Assembly (NCBI RefSeq): GCF_008000775.2
Contig: NZ_CP042905.2
Location: 330,001-362,000, forward strand
Origin: Promethearchaeum syntrophicum
GTDB taxonomy: Archaea; Asgardarchaeota; Lokiarchaeia; Sigyniarchaeales; Promethearchaeaceae
Direction of reading: 5' to 3'
DNA length: 32,000 nucleotides
In this document: positions 1-8,905 of the stretch, piece after piece
Layout: each line of letters starts with the position of its first letter
Numbering within the stretch: position 1 is the first letter of the stretch
Program-made: the position numbers and the translations under genes
Notes under the pieces: model-generated
Told to the model about the DNA's origin: nothing
The model's input: only the letters and a program-made list of their open reading frames with translations
Database searches by the model: none

Positions 1-2
1 AT

Positions 3-1961
3 CTAGCAATTCGAGATGAGGGTTTTGATGATGCTAACGCAACAATGGCATATATGATAGAATCTCCATTTTTCTCTTTGGATGCATTCGAAGAAAGTCG
101 CTCTTCCAATTTAGGTTCAAGTACCAATGAAAATAAATTCTTAGATACTAATGCTTACGCGATATGGGCACTCTCTGAATGGTATTTAGCATTAGGTGCT
201 CCAGAAAAAGGAGATCAAAAATACGTAGACTCTATTGAAAATGCCGAGAAAGTATTCCATACAATAAATAATACCCTTTGGAATGAAACATATTCTCTTT
301 TTATGAACGGAATGGACAATCTTAATGATAATCCTGATTTTACCATTTATCTTAAAGATAATTCAATCATGTTAATGGCTATGCAGAAACTGTTTGAAGT
401 AACAGGAAATTTCACGTATTATAAAGTTTGCATGGATATGTTTAATGGAATTCAGAAACACTTTAAAGATCCTGTTTATGGAACATATTTTACTTCGATA
501 GGTACAATAGAAACCAATAAAAATAAAAGTCTAAATACAATTTCCTATCTTTTTAGATCATTAAACTCTCTTTCATCTTTATCTGAAAGAATAAATTCTA
601 ATATGACTACAAATGGCACAGAATTTATTAAAAAAGAAGTATTTTCTGTCAATATTACTGCGGAATATTTCTTTGACCTATATAATTATTACGACCAACC
701 TTATTATGCTGATGCAGAAATAAATTATTCCGTTCCAATTGAACATGCAGATTTCTTCTTTAGTGTTCGTTTTCCAAATGAAACTCTGGCATATAATGGA
801 TCATTACAAGGTGATATAAATGGAACTGCTATTATCGAATTTCCAATTTTAGATGAGTATCCATTAGGAGATTATCTTGTTGATATGTATGCAAATTACA
901 CAGGAATTGTGACCAGTTTCAATCAGATTTCCTTTTCATTAGTACCTGGGTTTTACGTGCAAGAGTATACTCTTGATTCAGAGTCAATTCGCGCAGGAAG
1001 TTCAACTTCATTGAATTTAAGTGTAAATAATACCCGAATGGATAATTTGACTGTAAGTATTAACTTAAATGGCACAAATTTTGCTAATCAAACATTTGCG
1101 CAAGTTTTATTGAATGGTTCATTGAACTCTTTTACGTATGAATTTACTGCTTTATCTAATGCAAGTTTTGGAGCTACATCTCTATTTATCGAAATAAAAA
1201 ACGAGTCTTCTTTAAATTATATATTAGAAATCCCAATTGTTATACTGAGTTCTATTGAAATTCGGAGAATTGAGCAAGATGCTTATGTATTTCATGATTT
1301 TGATTTTAAAATTCTAGTTGAATTACTAAATGTTGTTGATATATCTCAAACAGTTGATATTTCGATTTCAGGAGAATATATAATAGATCTTGAAATATCT
1401 CAACTTTTATTATCACAAGAATCAGTAGTTGTTCAATTAAATACTCAAATTTCGTCTAATGCTCCATACGGTGATATTAATTATAGTTTAAATATTACTC
1501 GGGCTTCTGATGAAAATACAATATCTTATGAAGAATTTATTTCAACTGTAAAATTACCTTTGGATATTCTATTTTTGGATGTTCCTGAATATTCTTATCA
1601 CGGGAAAGAATCTCAAGCTAGTTGCTATATTATGAACAATTTAAAAACAACTCAAAATATAAGCATTTTTGTTGATAATGAAACCATAAAAAGCAATTTA
1701 ACTCTAATTCCGGGAGAAAATTTAGTAGATATTCCATTTGGTCAAAATTTCATGAATCCTTATAAATTTGGAAGTAACTACTATTTGATAGAAATTGTGG
1801 ATTCAAATGGTAATATGATTTATGAACAGTTAATAACCTCAGAATTAAAAGCCTCAGTTGGAAGCATTTTATTAGGCTACGCGTTACCTTTAATTATTCC
1901 TATTGCAGGAATTGTTATTGTACGACATATGGCTCTTGAAAATAAAAAACGTTTAAGTTAG
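3..1961 (+). CDS. Cell-surface protein, N-terminally truncated by the window edge: alpha/alpha-barrel-like N-terminal region, Ig/CARDB-like beta domains, C-terminal TM anchor
   Basis: The frame is open upstream of the tracked Met: codons 3-44 read LAIRDEGFDDANAT, then MAYMIE. Many N-x-S/T sequons. C-terminal hydrophobic segment SILLGYALPLIIPIAGIVIV followed by a basic tail. Confidence 0.8.
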   Translation, partial: LAIRDEGFDDANATMAYMIESPFFSLDAFEESRSSNLGSSTNENKFLDTNAYAIWALSEWYLALGAPEKGDQKYVDSIENAEKVFHTINNTLWNETYSLFMNGMDNLNDNPDFTIYLKDNSIMLMAMQKLFEVTGNFTYYKVCMDMFNGIQKHFKDPVYGTYFTSIGTIETNKNKSLNTISYLFRSLNSLSSLSERINSNMTTNGTEFIKKEVFSVNITAEYFFDLYNYYDQPYYADAEINYSVPIEHADFFFSVRFPNETLAYNGSLQGDINGTAIIEFPILDEYPLGDYLVDMYANYTGIVTSFNQISFSLVPGFYVQEYTLDSESIRAGSSTSLNLSVNNTRMDNLTVSINLNGTNFANQTFAQVLLNGSLNSFTYEFTALSNASFGATSLFIEIKNESSLNYILEIPIVILSSIEIRRIEQDAYVFHDFDFKILVELLNVVDISQTVDISISGEYIIDLEISQLLLSQESVVVQLNTQISSNAPYGDINYSLNITRASDENTISYEEFISTVKLPLDILFLDVPEYSYHGKESQASCYIMNNLKTTQNISIFVDNETIKSNLTLIPGENLVDIPFGQNFMNPYKFGSNYYLIEIVDSNGNMIYEQLITSELKASVGSILLGYALPLIIPIAGIVIVRHMALENKKRLS

Positions 1962-3704
1962 GTGAATTTAATGAAAAAAATACGAAAAAATGAAATAATT
2001 GGTCTTACAATTTTTGCAATATTTATTATTGGGTTTTCACAGATCAATTTTGAATTTGCAGATATACAAAAAGAAAATAATACAAATGAAATGATCCCGA
2101 AATCCTCAGATAGTATTGATAGCACTAGAGTATTTATAGATAAAATGACCGTTAATCGAGGAATTGAAACACTAAATATAACATATAATAATACAGATGA
2201 TTTTTATCCCAGCTCAACCCATGAATTTAAAGCAAATATTACCTTCTCAGATAATTCGCAATTAAATCTCACTCTTGAAGATCCAGATGTAGATGAATAT
2301 TGGTCAGTTCTTTTTACTCCTAGTATATATAATGTCACTGGAAATACAAAAATCACAATTTTAGCAGTGCTAACTGCCAATGGTGAAATTCAAAATACAC
2401 CAGCATTATTCGATTTAGAATTTTCTATCAAAAATAACCTTCCAAAAATTGGAATTTTAATGAATTCAACAGAAATCTATAGAAATGAGACTATTAAAAT
2501 TGATTATTTGCCATCTGATATTGAAAATAAAACCTTTGATTTACAATGGGAAGTAAAACTGTTCGATCCTTTTGATGAACTTAACGATACACTCGTCAAT
2601 CAGGGAGAAAAAATATTTTCCAGTGAAATTCCAATCTTAAATTCCTATCCTATTGGAGAATGGCGAATTGAAGCAACATGTTGGGATACAGAAATTGAAA
2701 ACAATACTTCAACTGTTAATCGTACATTTATAGTTAAGAATAATGAACCTGTAATTGAGAATATTCTTTATCAAATCGAAAATGGAGATCCTATTCAAGC
2801 TGAAGATGTTGACGTTTTAAATATTTTCAGAGGTCTTGATAAGAATTTAACTATTTATGTTAATGCTAGTGATGTTGAATCTAATGAAATGAAATTAACC
2901 GTTTCTGTATTAGATCCGATAACAGGAGCAAATATTTTACCCACTTCATATGCTAATATTTCAGTGGCTGTTAATCAAACTACTAATTTTACCACTATCG
3001 TTAATATTCCTATAACTGCTAATGTTGGTTTAACACAATTGAAAATGGTTATTTTTGATAATGAGATCATCCAAGAAGAATACATTCAAGATATATTTAT
3101 TCAAAATAATGCACCAATTCTGAATAATTTTACAATTAATGGTGAATTCGGAAATCAAACTACTATAAAAGAGGGAGATTGGTTATCCTTTAAGTTTGGT
3201 GCTGAAGATGATGAAGATTCAATAGAGTATGTGCTGATTTCAATATTATACCGTGATGATTTTGGTGTTATTAAACATTTAAATTATTCTACTTCTTATG
3301 AAGGAAGTAATACCGAAATCTTAATCAGAGGGATAGATTTAAAATTAAAAACTGATATATATACTGTTTATGCATATGTTTTTGATAGTGATGGTGATTT
3401 TGCTACCACAGCGCCTCAAACTTTCGCAATTGAACCAACTCCAAGAGTTAATGCAAGTTCATGGCTACTATTTGTTATTGGAATAATAATTGGATTAACG
3501 TTTACATATGTTGGAGTTTATTCATATTATCGAAAAAAGTTTGAAGATTTTAGCTCAACTACCCCGAAAGAAAAACCTAAGGAAAAATTAAAAGGTTCTA
3601 AAAAGATGGATGAAGATTCTGTTGATTTTGAAGAATCTAATGAAAAATCATCTACTAAATCTGATAAGAAATCAAAAAAAAAGAAATTAATTAGAAAACT
3701 TTAA
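1962..3704 (+). CDS. Type I membrane surface protein with several Ig/cadherin-like ectodomain repeats and a Lys-rich cytoplasmic tail
   Basis: N-terminal hydrophobic signal (IIGLTIFAIFIIGFSQ), long beta-rich ectodomain, C-terminal TM (WLLFVIGIIIGLTFTYVGVYSYY), highly charged tail. Starts at the nucleotide after the previous stop (GTG 1962; ATG at 1971 is an alternative). Confidence 0.8.
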   Translation: MNLMKKIRKNEIIGLTIFAIFIIGFSQINFEFADIQKENNTNEMIPKSSDSIDSTRVFIDKMTVNRGIETLNITYNNTDDFYPSSTHEFKANITFSDNSQLNLTLEDPDVDEYWSVLFTPSIYNVTGNTKITILAVLTANGEIQNTPALFDLEFSIKNNLPKIGILMNSTEIYRNETIKIDYLPSDIENKTFDLQWEVKLFDPFDELNDTLVNQGEKIFSSEIPILNSYPIGEWRIEATCWDTEIENNTSTVNRTFIVKNNEPVIENILYQIENGDPIQAEDVDVLNIFRGLDKNLTIYVNASDVESNEMKLTVSVLDPITGANILPTSYANISVAVNQTTNFTTIVNIPITANVGLTQLKMVIFDNEIIQEEYIQDIFIQNNAPILNNFTINGEFGNQTTIKEGDWLSFKFGAEDDEDSIEYVLISILYRDDFGVIKHLNYSTSYEGSNTEILIRGIDLKLKTDIYTVYAYVFDSDGDFATTAPQTFAIEPTPRVNASSWLLFVIGIIIGLTFTYVGVYSYYRKKFEDFSSTTPKEKPKEKLKGSKKMDEDSVDFEESNEKSSTKSDKKSKKKKLIRKL

Positions 3705-3742
3705 TTTAATATTTTTTCCGTTTAGCTCCAAAATATAACCTC

Positions 3743-3767
3743 TGACCACCTTTTTTGGTCATTTTTT
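3743..3767 (+). terminator. Stem-loop plus T-tract terminator between convergent genes
   Basis: TGACCA (3743-3748) / TGGTCA (3756-3761), 7-nt T-rich loop, followed by TTTTTT. Confidence 0.55.
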
Positions 3768-3794
3768 ATTCTTTATCTCAATATTATCAATAAC

Positions 3795-4526
3795 TTATTC
3801 TTTCAACTTCACAATTTTAATTATTTCTTCGAGTTTAGTAAGAGAATTCATGATAAAAAACCTTTCATTAATTTTTTCAACTAAATCAAATGAAGATTGG
3901 CGATCTATCAAAATTGAAACCATTCCAACTCCATGCGCCCCTTGAATATCATGTTCCATGGAATCTCCTATGAAAAGGACTTCATTAGCATATAGTCGGG
4001 TTTCTCTTAGAGCCATGTTAAACATTTTTGGATTAGGTTTTTTCACACCTAAATTACCTGAAATAATAATTGAATCAAAATAAGGGATTAATTTATGTTT
4101 TTCAAGAAATTTGTAAATATAAGGAGGATGATCGAAATCAGATACCAAAGCAATTTTATAGTTTTTTTCTTTCAATTCGGAGAGAATTTTAACAGCATAT
4201 TTGTCAAGATTATGATTTTTTGCCCAAGCTTGGATTGATAATATCGCCAACTCTTCCAATTCTTCTCTTTTTAATAAAACGTCTAATTTAAAGGCTAGTT
4301 GTTGTAATTTATATTCGAAAAGAGTCAATTTTGACGGAATCTCTTTCGGTATGTCTATATCGAAGTAGTTTTTTACATTCTCATCAAATAATTCTCGAGG
4401 AATATTCATTCCTTTATTGAAAAGATATGAAAAAATGGCACTTTCATGATCGTAATTCGCTTGTGACAAATTTCCAAATTCTAATAATGTTCCATTTAAA
4501 TCAAAAAATATACCTTTAATTTCCAT
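3795..4526 (-). CDS. HAD-superfamily hydrolase
   Basis: Motif I FFDLNGTL, motif II VSD, motif III K...KPNPKMF and motif IV FIGDSMEHDIQGA. Confidence 0.9.
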   Translation of the reverse strand: MEIKGIFFDLNGTLLEFGNLSQANYDHESAIFSYLFNKGMNIPRELFDENVKNYFDIDIPKEIPSKLTLFEYKLQQLAFKLDVLLKREELEELAILSIQAWAKNHNLDKYAVKILSELKEKNYKIALVSDFDHPPYIYKFLEKHKLIPYFDSIIISGNLGVKKPNPKMFNMALRETRLYANEVLFIGDSMEHDIQGAHGVGMVSILIDRQSSFDLVEKINERFFIMNSLTKLEEIIKIVKLKE

Positions 4527-4707
4527 GATATTGAAAATCCATTTAATTGTAGATAAAGACCTTATTATTTGTAGAAACTGATCGTAAATTAAGGTGATCT
4601 ATTAACCCGTACGACTCGTGAAAAAATTCCTTCTCTTTCGGTTAGTAAGTATATTATCTCATCCAAGATCTTTTTATACCGTCCCTTTATAGATTCCACA
4701 ATTGCAT

Positions 4708-5031
4708 TCAGAAATTTATAAACAAATCATTCAACCAGAATTCCGCGATCGTTTCTATTTTATTTATAACAACCCCAGAATCAATTTTAGGCTCTAAATA
4801 CCTCTGTAAAGTTTTCGCCATTTTATGGATTTCGTCTTGCCTGAAACTACCATGTGAGGTGAATAAAGTGGATATTTCTCTGTTGTTTTTTTCTTCCCAC
4901 TTCTCTAATACCTCTTCACTTGATTTTCGGACATATTTATGATCCAAACCGGTTATCTCAGTGATACGGTCCACCATATTGTTAAATTTTTCTGTGCGCG
5001 GTGCTACCGAAATAAATTTATTTTTGACCAT
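4708..5031 (-). CDS. Hypothetical protein (107 aa), predicted mostly helical
   Basis: Complete ORF from ATG; separated by about 140 nt from the upstream GTPase gene on the same strand. Confidence 0.6.
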   Translation of the reverse strand: MVKNKFISVAPRTEKFNNMVDRITEITGLDHKYVRKSSEEVLEKWEEKNNREISTLFTSHGSFRQDEIHKMAKTLQRYLEPKIDSGVVINKIETIAEFWLNDLFINF

Positions 5032-5169
5032 ATTTTCATACCTCTAAACGTAAAGATATTAAGAAAATTGGATTGTATAAATGTATGTATTTTTCTTAAT
5101 TTTGCATGAAAACATTAAAATTGTCGGTATATTTGAGAAAATCATGTGAAAAAAGAGATAGGTTTATCC

Positions 5170-6111
5170 TTATACCTGATTATATGTAATTAATTTTGAC
5201 AACTTTATTATTAGTGGATTTGATTTACTTAGTATTTTTTGAATATCTGTAATTATTTCAGATGATTTTTCGCTTGTCACTACCATTATAATTGCGTTAT
5301 CATTAATTTCTTGTAAATAAACATAATATTTCTCTGTTTCATATAATAAGAAAGAAAGAAAAATTGGTTCTTCTAAATTTCCTAATCTTTTTTGAATTTT
5401 CTGGACTATCCTATCAATATTAGATTCCATAGCGCCTATTTCAAGAGAAAGAAAATTTAACGGATCAGAAGAAATTGAGCCTACCGTTGAAGCAGTAATT
5501 AACCCATCAAGATGATTAAATAGAAAATATTCAGAATTTGTTTCTAACTTCATTTCTTCCAAGATATCACGAATATTTTTCCTTTTTTCCAATTCAATTA
5601 CCGATGATTGTAAAGAAGAATCTAATATTTCAATAAGACGATATTGTGCCGTCCCATCTTTCACTGAAACAGGTGTGAATTTGACTCTGTCTCTATATTC
5701 CGGTTGTAAACTATTATTTAATACTTCATAAAATAAATCTGGTTTGGCTTGTTCCAAATCTGTTTTGTTTAATAAAACAAAAACTTTTTCCAATTCTGGA
5801 GAATATTTGAAGATAGCTTCTAAAAATTGAGTAAAAAGTTGTTGATCTTTAGGATCCTCAGAAGTATCAACCATGAATATTGGTATATCCACCTCAGAAA
5901 AAATGATCTCCTTCTGTTTTTGAGAAAAATATCGTTCCAAATATTTTTGTTGCCCCCCGGCATCCCAAAGGGAGATCTCCAATAAGCCTCTAAAAAGGAA
6001 GTTTTCTCGACTAATTCCTTTTGTTGGTGGAATATCAATAGTTTGTAAGAAGGAATGTCCTTGGCAAGTTGTTTTCATCAAGCTAGTTTTTCCAACACCA
6101 GCTTTTCCCAA
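5170..6111 (-). CDS. Gtr/Rag/Arf-like small GTPase with C-terminal roadblock/longin-like domain
   Basis: P-loop GKAGVGKTS, switch-I PPT, switch-II WDAGGQQKYLERYF (Rag-like WDxGGQ), NKTD motif, C-terminal 'EYFLFNHLDGLITAS' roadblock-like strand. The reading frame continues upstream of 6111 (…NNIKTLILGKAGVGKTS), so the start is uncertain. Confidence 0.87.
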   Translation of the reverse strand: MGKAGVGKTSLMKTTCQGHSFLQTIDIPPTKGISRENFLFRGLLEISLWDAGGQQKYLERYFSQKQKEIIFSEVDIPIFMVDTSEDPKDQQLFTQFLEAIFKYSPELEKVFVLLNKTDLEQAKPDLFYEVLNNSLQPEYRDRVKFTPVSVKDGTAQYRLIEILDSSLQSSVIELEKRKNIRDILEEMKLETNSEYFLFNHLDGLITASTVGSISSDPLNFLSLEIGAMESNIDRIVQKIQKRLGNLEEPIFLSFLLYETEKYYVYLQEINDNAIIMVVTSEKSSEIITDIQKILSKSNPLIIKLSKLITYNQV

Positions 6112-6265
6112 AATTAAGGTCTTTATGTTGTTCCACCATTTTAAAAATTTATTTAGCTAATCCTAATCTTTTTATGATTTTACTTGTTTATGAATTTGGC
6201 GATGATGATGTTACTCCTAGAAGATATACTTTCTGTATAGATGATTCACTTAACTCCGCTGAGCC

Positions 6266-6484
6266 TTAAATAATATGCCGCATTATAAAATCTGCAGTTT
6301 TTTTACTGTTTTCATATGCTTTCTCAATATTTTCTCCAAATACCTTAGGCATCGTCTCTTCTACTACATAGTCTACAAAAGTTGATAAATTCTCAATTTT
6401 TTTCTTTTCTTTTTTAAAATCAGAGATCATTTCTGAAATGGAAAAATCAATTTCTTTTTCCTTACTTGGTTCTTTTTCATTCAT
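6266..6484 (-). CDS. Small hypothetical protein (72 aa)
   Basis: ATG ORF 27 nt downstream of the activase stop, same strand, Lys/Glu-rich helical composition like neighbouring coding DNA. Confidence 0.5.
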   Translation of the reverse strand: MNEKEPSKEKEIDFSISEMISDFKKEKKKIENLSTFVDYVVEETMPKVFGENIEKAYENSKKTADFIMRHII

Positions 6485-6511
6485 GTTTAACGAATCTTCT
6501 CCTGTTAAAAT

Positions 6512-7630
6512 TTAATAAACAGCCCATTTACCGCATCGATCTCCCCATCTCGCGACAATTTCTCGTTTTTCCTTTCCATTTTCGTCAAATTCACCAGAAT
6601 TCATGTATACAGACATTACTTCACACCTGTTGGGGCATCCCTCACATCTAAATGCTTTCGTCTCAAATTCTAAATTCAATACATTGAAACCTCTGAATTT
6701 TGTCTGCCATGTTCCAGATATTTTTTCAGTTCGTTCTGATTCTTCACGAACTAAAATAGCTGCTCCTATTGCTCCCATAAGGATATTCTCTTCAGGAACT
6801 AGGATTTCTGTTCCTAAGGCTTCTTCAAATGCTTTTACTAAACCTTTATTATAACTAACTCCACCTTGGAAGACAATAGGGGGTTTTATCTCTTTGCCTT
6901 TTCCAACATTGTTCAAATAATTTCTCACTAATGCTTCACAAAGACCTTTAACAATTTCTTCTTTTGAATATCCCATTTGAGCTTTATGAATCATATCAGA
7001 TTCCGCAAAAACTCCACACCTACCAGCTATTGAAATATCTCCTTCCGCTTTTAATGCATATTCACCGAATTTTTCTATTGGAATACCTAATCGAGAAGCT
7101 TGATGGTCTAAGAAACTGCCTGTCCCAGCTGCGCAAACTGAATTCATTGCAAAATCCGCAACTATACCATTACGTAAAATTATTATTTTAGAATCCTGTC
7201 CTCCTATTTCTAAGATTGTGCTAACATCAGGATAATAGGTTAAAGAAGCAATCGCATGCGCAATAATTTCAGTTTTAGCAATGTCCCCTCCTACAACACT
7301 TTTAATTAAATATCTTGCAGATCCAGTCGTTCCGACCCCTTTAATATTAATTTTATCTATCATTCCGGAAGATTCTAGTTTTTCTTTTAGTTCTTTGATC
7401 CCTTTTTTGGATGATTCTATTGGAGAACCTTGATTTCTTAGCCAAAGTTTTTCAATTATTTTATTATTCTTATCTAATAAAACAATTTTTAAAGAAACAG
7501 ACCCAATATCAATACCCATAAACACCTCTAAGGTATTCTCTTTTATTTTTTCATCTGTACTTTTTAAAGATTTTTCTTGAATTTCGGAAACAATTGCAAC
7601 CGTTTTACTAGAATATTCTTGATCTGTCAT
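6512..7630 (-). CDS. BcrAD/BadFG-type (COG1924-like) 2-hydroxyacyl-CoA dehydratase activase, ATPase with C-terminal Cys module
   Basis: ASKHA motifs MGIDIGSVSLKIV, GTTGSAR, EIGGQDSKII, NSVCAAGTGSFLDHQASRL, FQGGVSYNKGL, plus C-terminal FRCEGCPNRCEV…GDRCGKW. Confidence 0.92.
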   Translation of the reverse strand: MTDQEYSSKTVAIVSEIQEKSLKSTDEKIKENTLEVFMGIDIGSVSLKIVLLDKNNKIIEKLWLRNQGSPIESSKKGIKELKEKLESSGMIDKINIKGVGTTGSARYLIKSVVGGDIAKTEIIAHAIASLTYYPDVSTILEIGGQDSKIIILRNGIVADFAMNSVCAAGTGSFLDHQASRLGIPIEKFGEYALKAEGDISIAGRCGVFAESDMIHKAQMGYSKEEIVKGLCEALVRNYLNNVGKGKEIKPPIVFQGGVSYNKGLVKAFEEALGTEILVPEENILMGAIGAAILVREESERTEKISGTWQTKFRGFNVLNLEFETKAFRCEGCPNRCEVMSVYMNSGEFDENGKEKREIVARWGDRCGKWAVY

Positions 7631-7632
7631 TT

Positions 7633-8892
7633 TTATTCCTGATTTTTATTTGATATAAGTTTTGGAAGTATTTTAAATGTGTTTAGAAATGGTTCCACAA
7701 CGCTCGTAAAAAGCGTATTTATTCCATCATATTTTTCCTTCGAATCGAATATTTCTGCGATTTCTGGAGGTTCAATGTAGGTATCTTGAAATTTTGGGTT
7801 ATTTTTTTTATTTAATTTCATTAAATCAATAAATGCTTCTAATCGTGTACGCATGCCTTCATATCCAGTGTGTTCATCAAAACTATAGAATTGAATCGGT
7901 AAATAAAAAGGGTCTGGTTGTTGACCTTCAATTATACCCCGAGCTGAGACTTCTGGCATGCAAGTAAATGGATAAGCGTGAATAAAGCCATCGAATCCTT
8001 TTTTTTGGCATTCTATATAGTGGCCTACCACCCATATTGCTTCTCCTCCTATATCCATGGGGATATAATCCTTAGCTATTCGTTCAAGAACTTTGCGTTT
8101 AAAATTTACGTGTAATTTATGCATTACCCATCCGTATAGGCTATTTCCTTGATGGACCTCTATGCCTTCATCTCCAAATTTTTTAACTATATCCATATTT
8201 ATATAAGGTTCCAGTACAATGTGATTTTCTCCCGCTATCATTATTCTAAGCGGTTTTTTATCTCTGTTTATTGGTATTTTTTTAAATTCTCTTTTTATTA
8301 CTTTATTGAATTGGTGCAATTTCTGAAAGTCCCATTCATTATCTAATAATTTTAGCAATTTTTCCGCAGTTTTAGTGGTATCTCCTCTATTAATTTCTCG
8401 ACACCTAATTAATCCTTCATAACGGGTGATATCTTCAATATAACTACCTTTTAAAAAAGCAAACCGGATCCCCCGAATGATATCCACCATACGCATTAGT
8501 TTGCCCTTTACGTTAGTAATTTTGTAAAAAGGTTCCAGCCATTGAAAATCAAGTAAATCATCTTGCTGAATTGGAATAATTGTTACATCATATCCTAAAT
8601 CTTTCAGAATTCTCTCTTGAATTGGAGCATAAAATCCAAGACGACAAGGACCACAATCAATTGACATTATGAAAACATTGCAATTATAATTCTCAATCAT
8701 ATTGATAAATTCTCCAAGAGTTACTTTGAAAGGAAGACATACAAATTCGGGTGAGTATTTTGCACCAATTTCTACAATTTCTCTTGTTACTACAGGAGGA
8801 TCTACAACTTCTACACCTGGAATTGGATAATATAATCCCTTGAAACCAATTTTACTCCACCCCATGCTTGGAAAGCTTACTCTAAGTACCAT
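7633..8892 (-). CDS. COG3581-like 2-hydroxyacyl-CoA dehydratase family protein
   Basis: Conserved-type blocks VSFPSMGW, EFVCLPFKVTLGEFI, DCGPCRLGFYAPIQERILKDLGYD, PFTCMPEVSARGI. Located 2 nt upstream of the activase. Confidence 0.82.
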   Translation of the reverse strand: MVLRVSFPSMGWSKIGFKGLYYPIPGVEVVDPPVVTREIVEIGAKYSPEFVCLPFKVTLGEFINMIENYNCNVFIMSIDCGPCRLGFYAPIQERILKDLGYDVTIIPIQQDDLLDFQWLEPFYKITNVKGKLMRMVDIIRGIRFAFLKGSYIEDITRYEGLIRCREINRGDTTKTAEKLLKLLDNEWDFQKLHQFNKVIKREFKKIPINRDKKPLRIMIAGENHIVLEPYINMDIVKKFGDEGIEVHQGNSLYGWVMHKLHVNFKRKVLERIAKDYIPMDIGGEAIWVVGHYIECQKKGFDGFIHAYPFTCMPEVSARGIIEGQQPDPFYLPIQFYSFDEHTGYEGMRTRLEAFIDLMKLNKKNNPKFQDTYIEPPEIAEIFDSKEKYDGINTLFTSVVEPFLNTFKILPKLISNKNQE

Positions 8893-8905
8893 TTTCTGTC
8901 TACCT

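Noticed and set aside
5820-6038. Minus-strand 72-aa ORF inside the GTPase gene
   Set aside because: Alternative frame of a strongly supported P-loop GTPase; composition looks like out-of-frame translation.
6466-7191. Plus-strand ORFs (6466, 6603, 6964) opposite the activase gene
   Set aside because: Antisense to a canonical BcrAD/BadFG-type activase; no recognisable domains.
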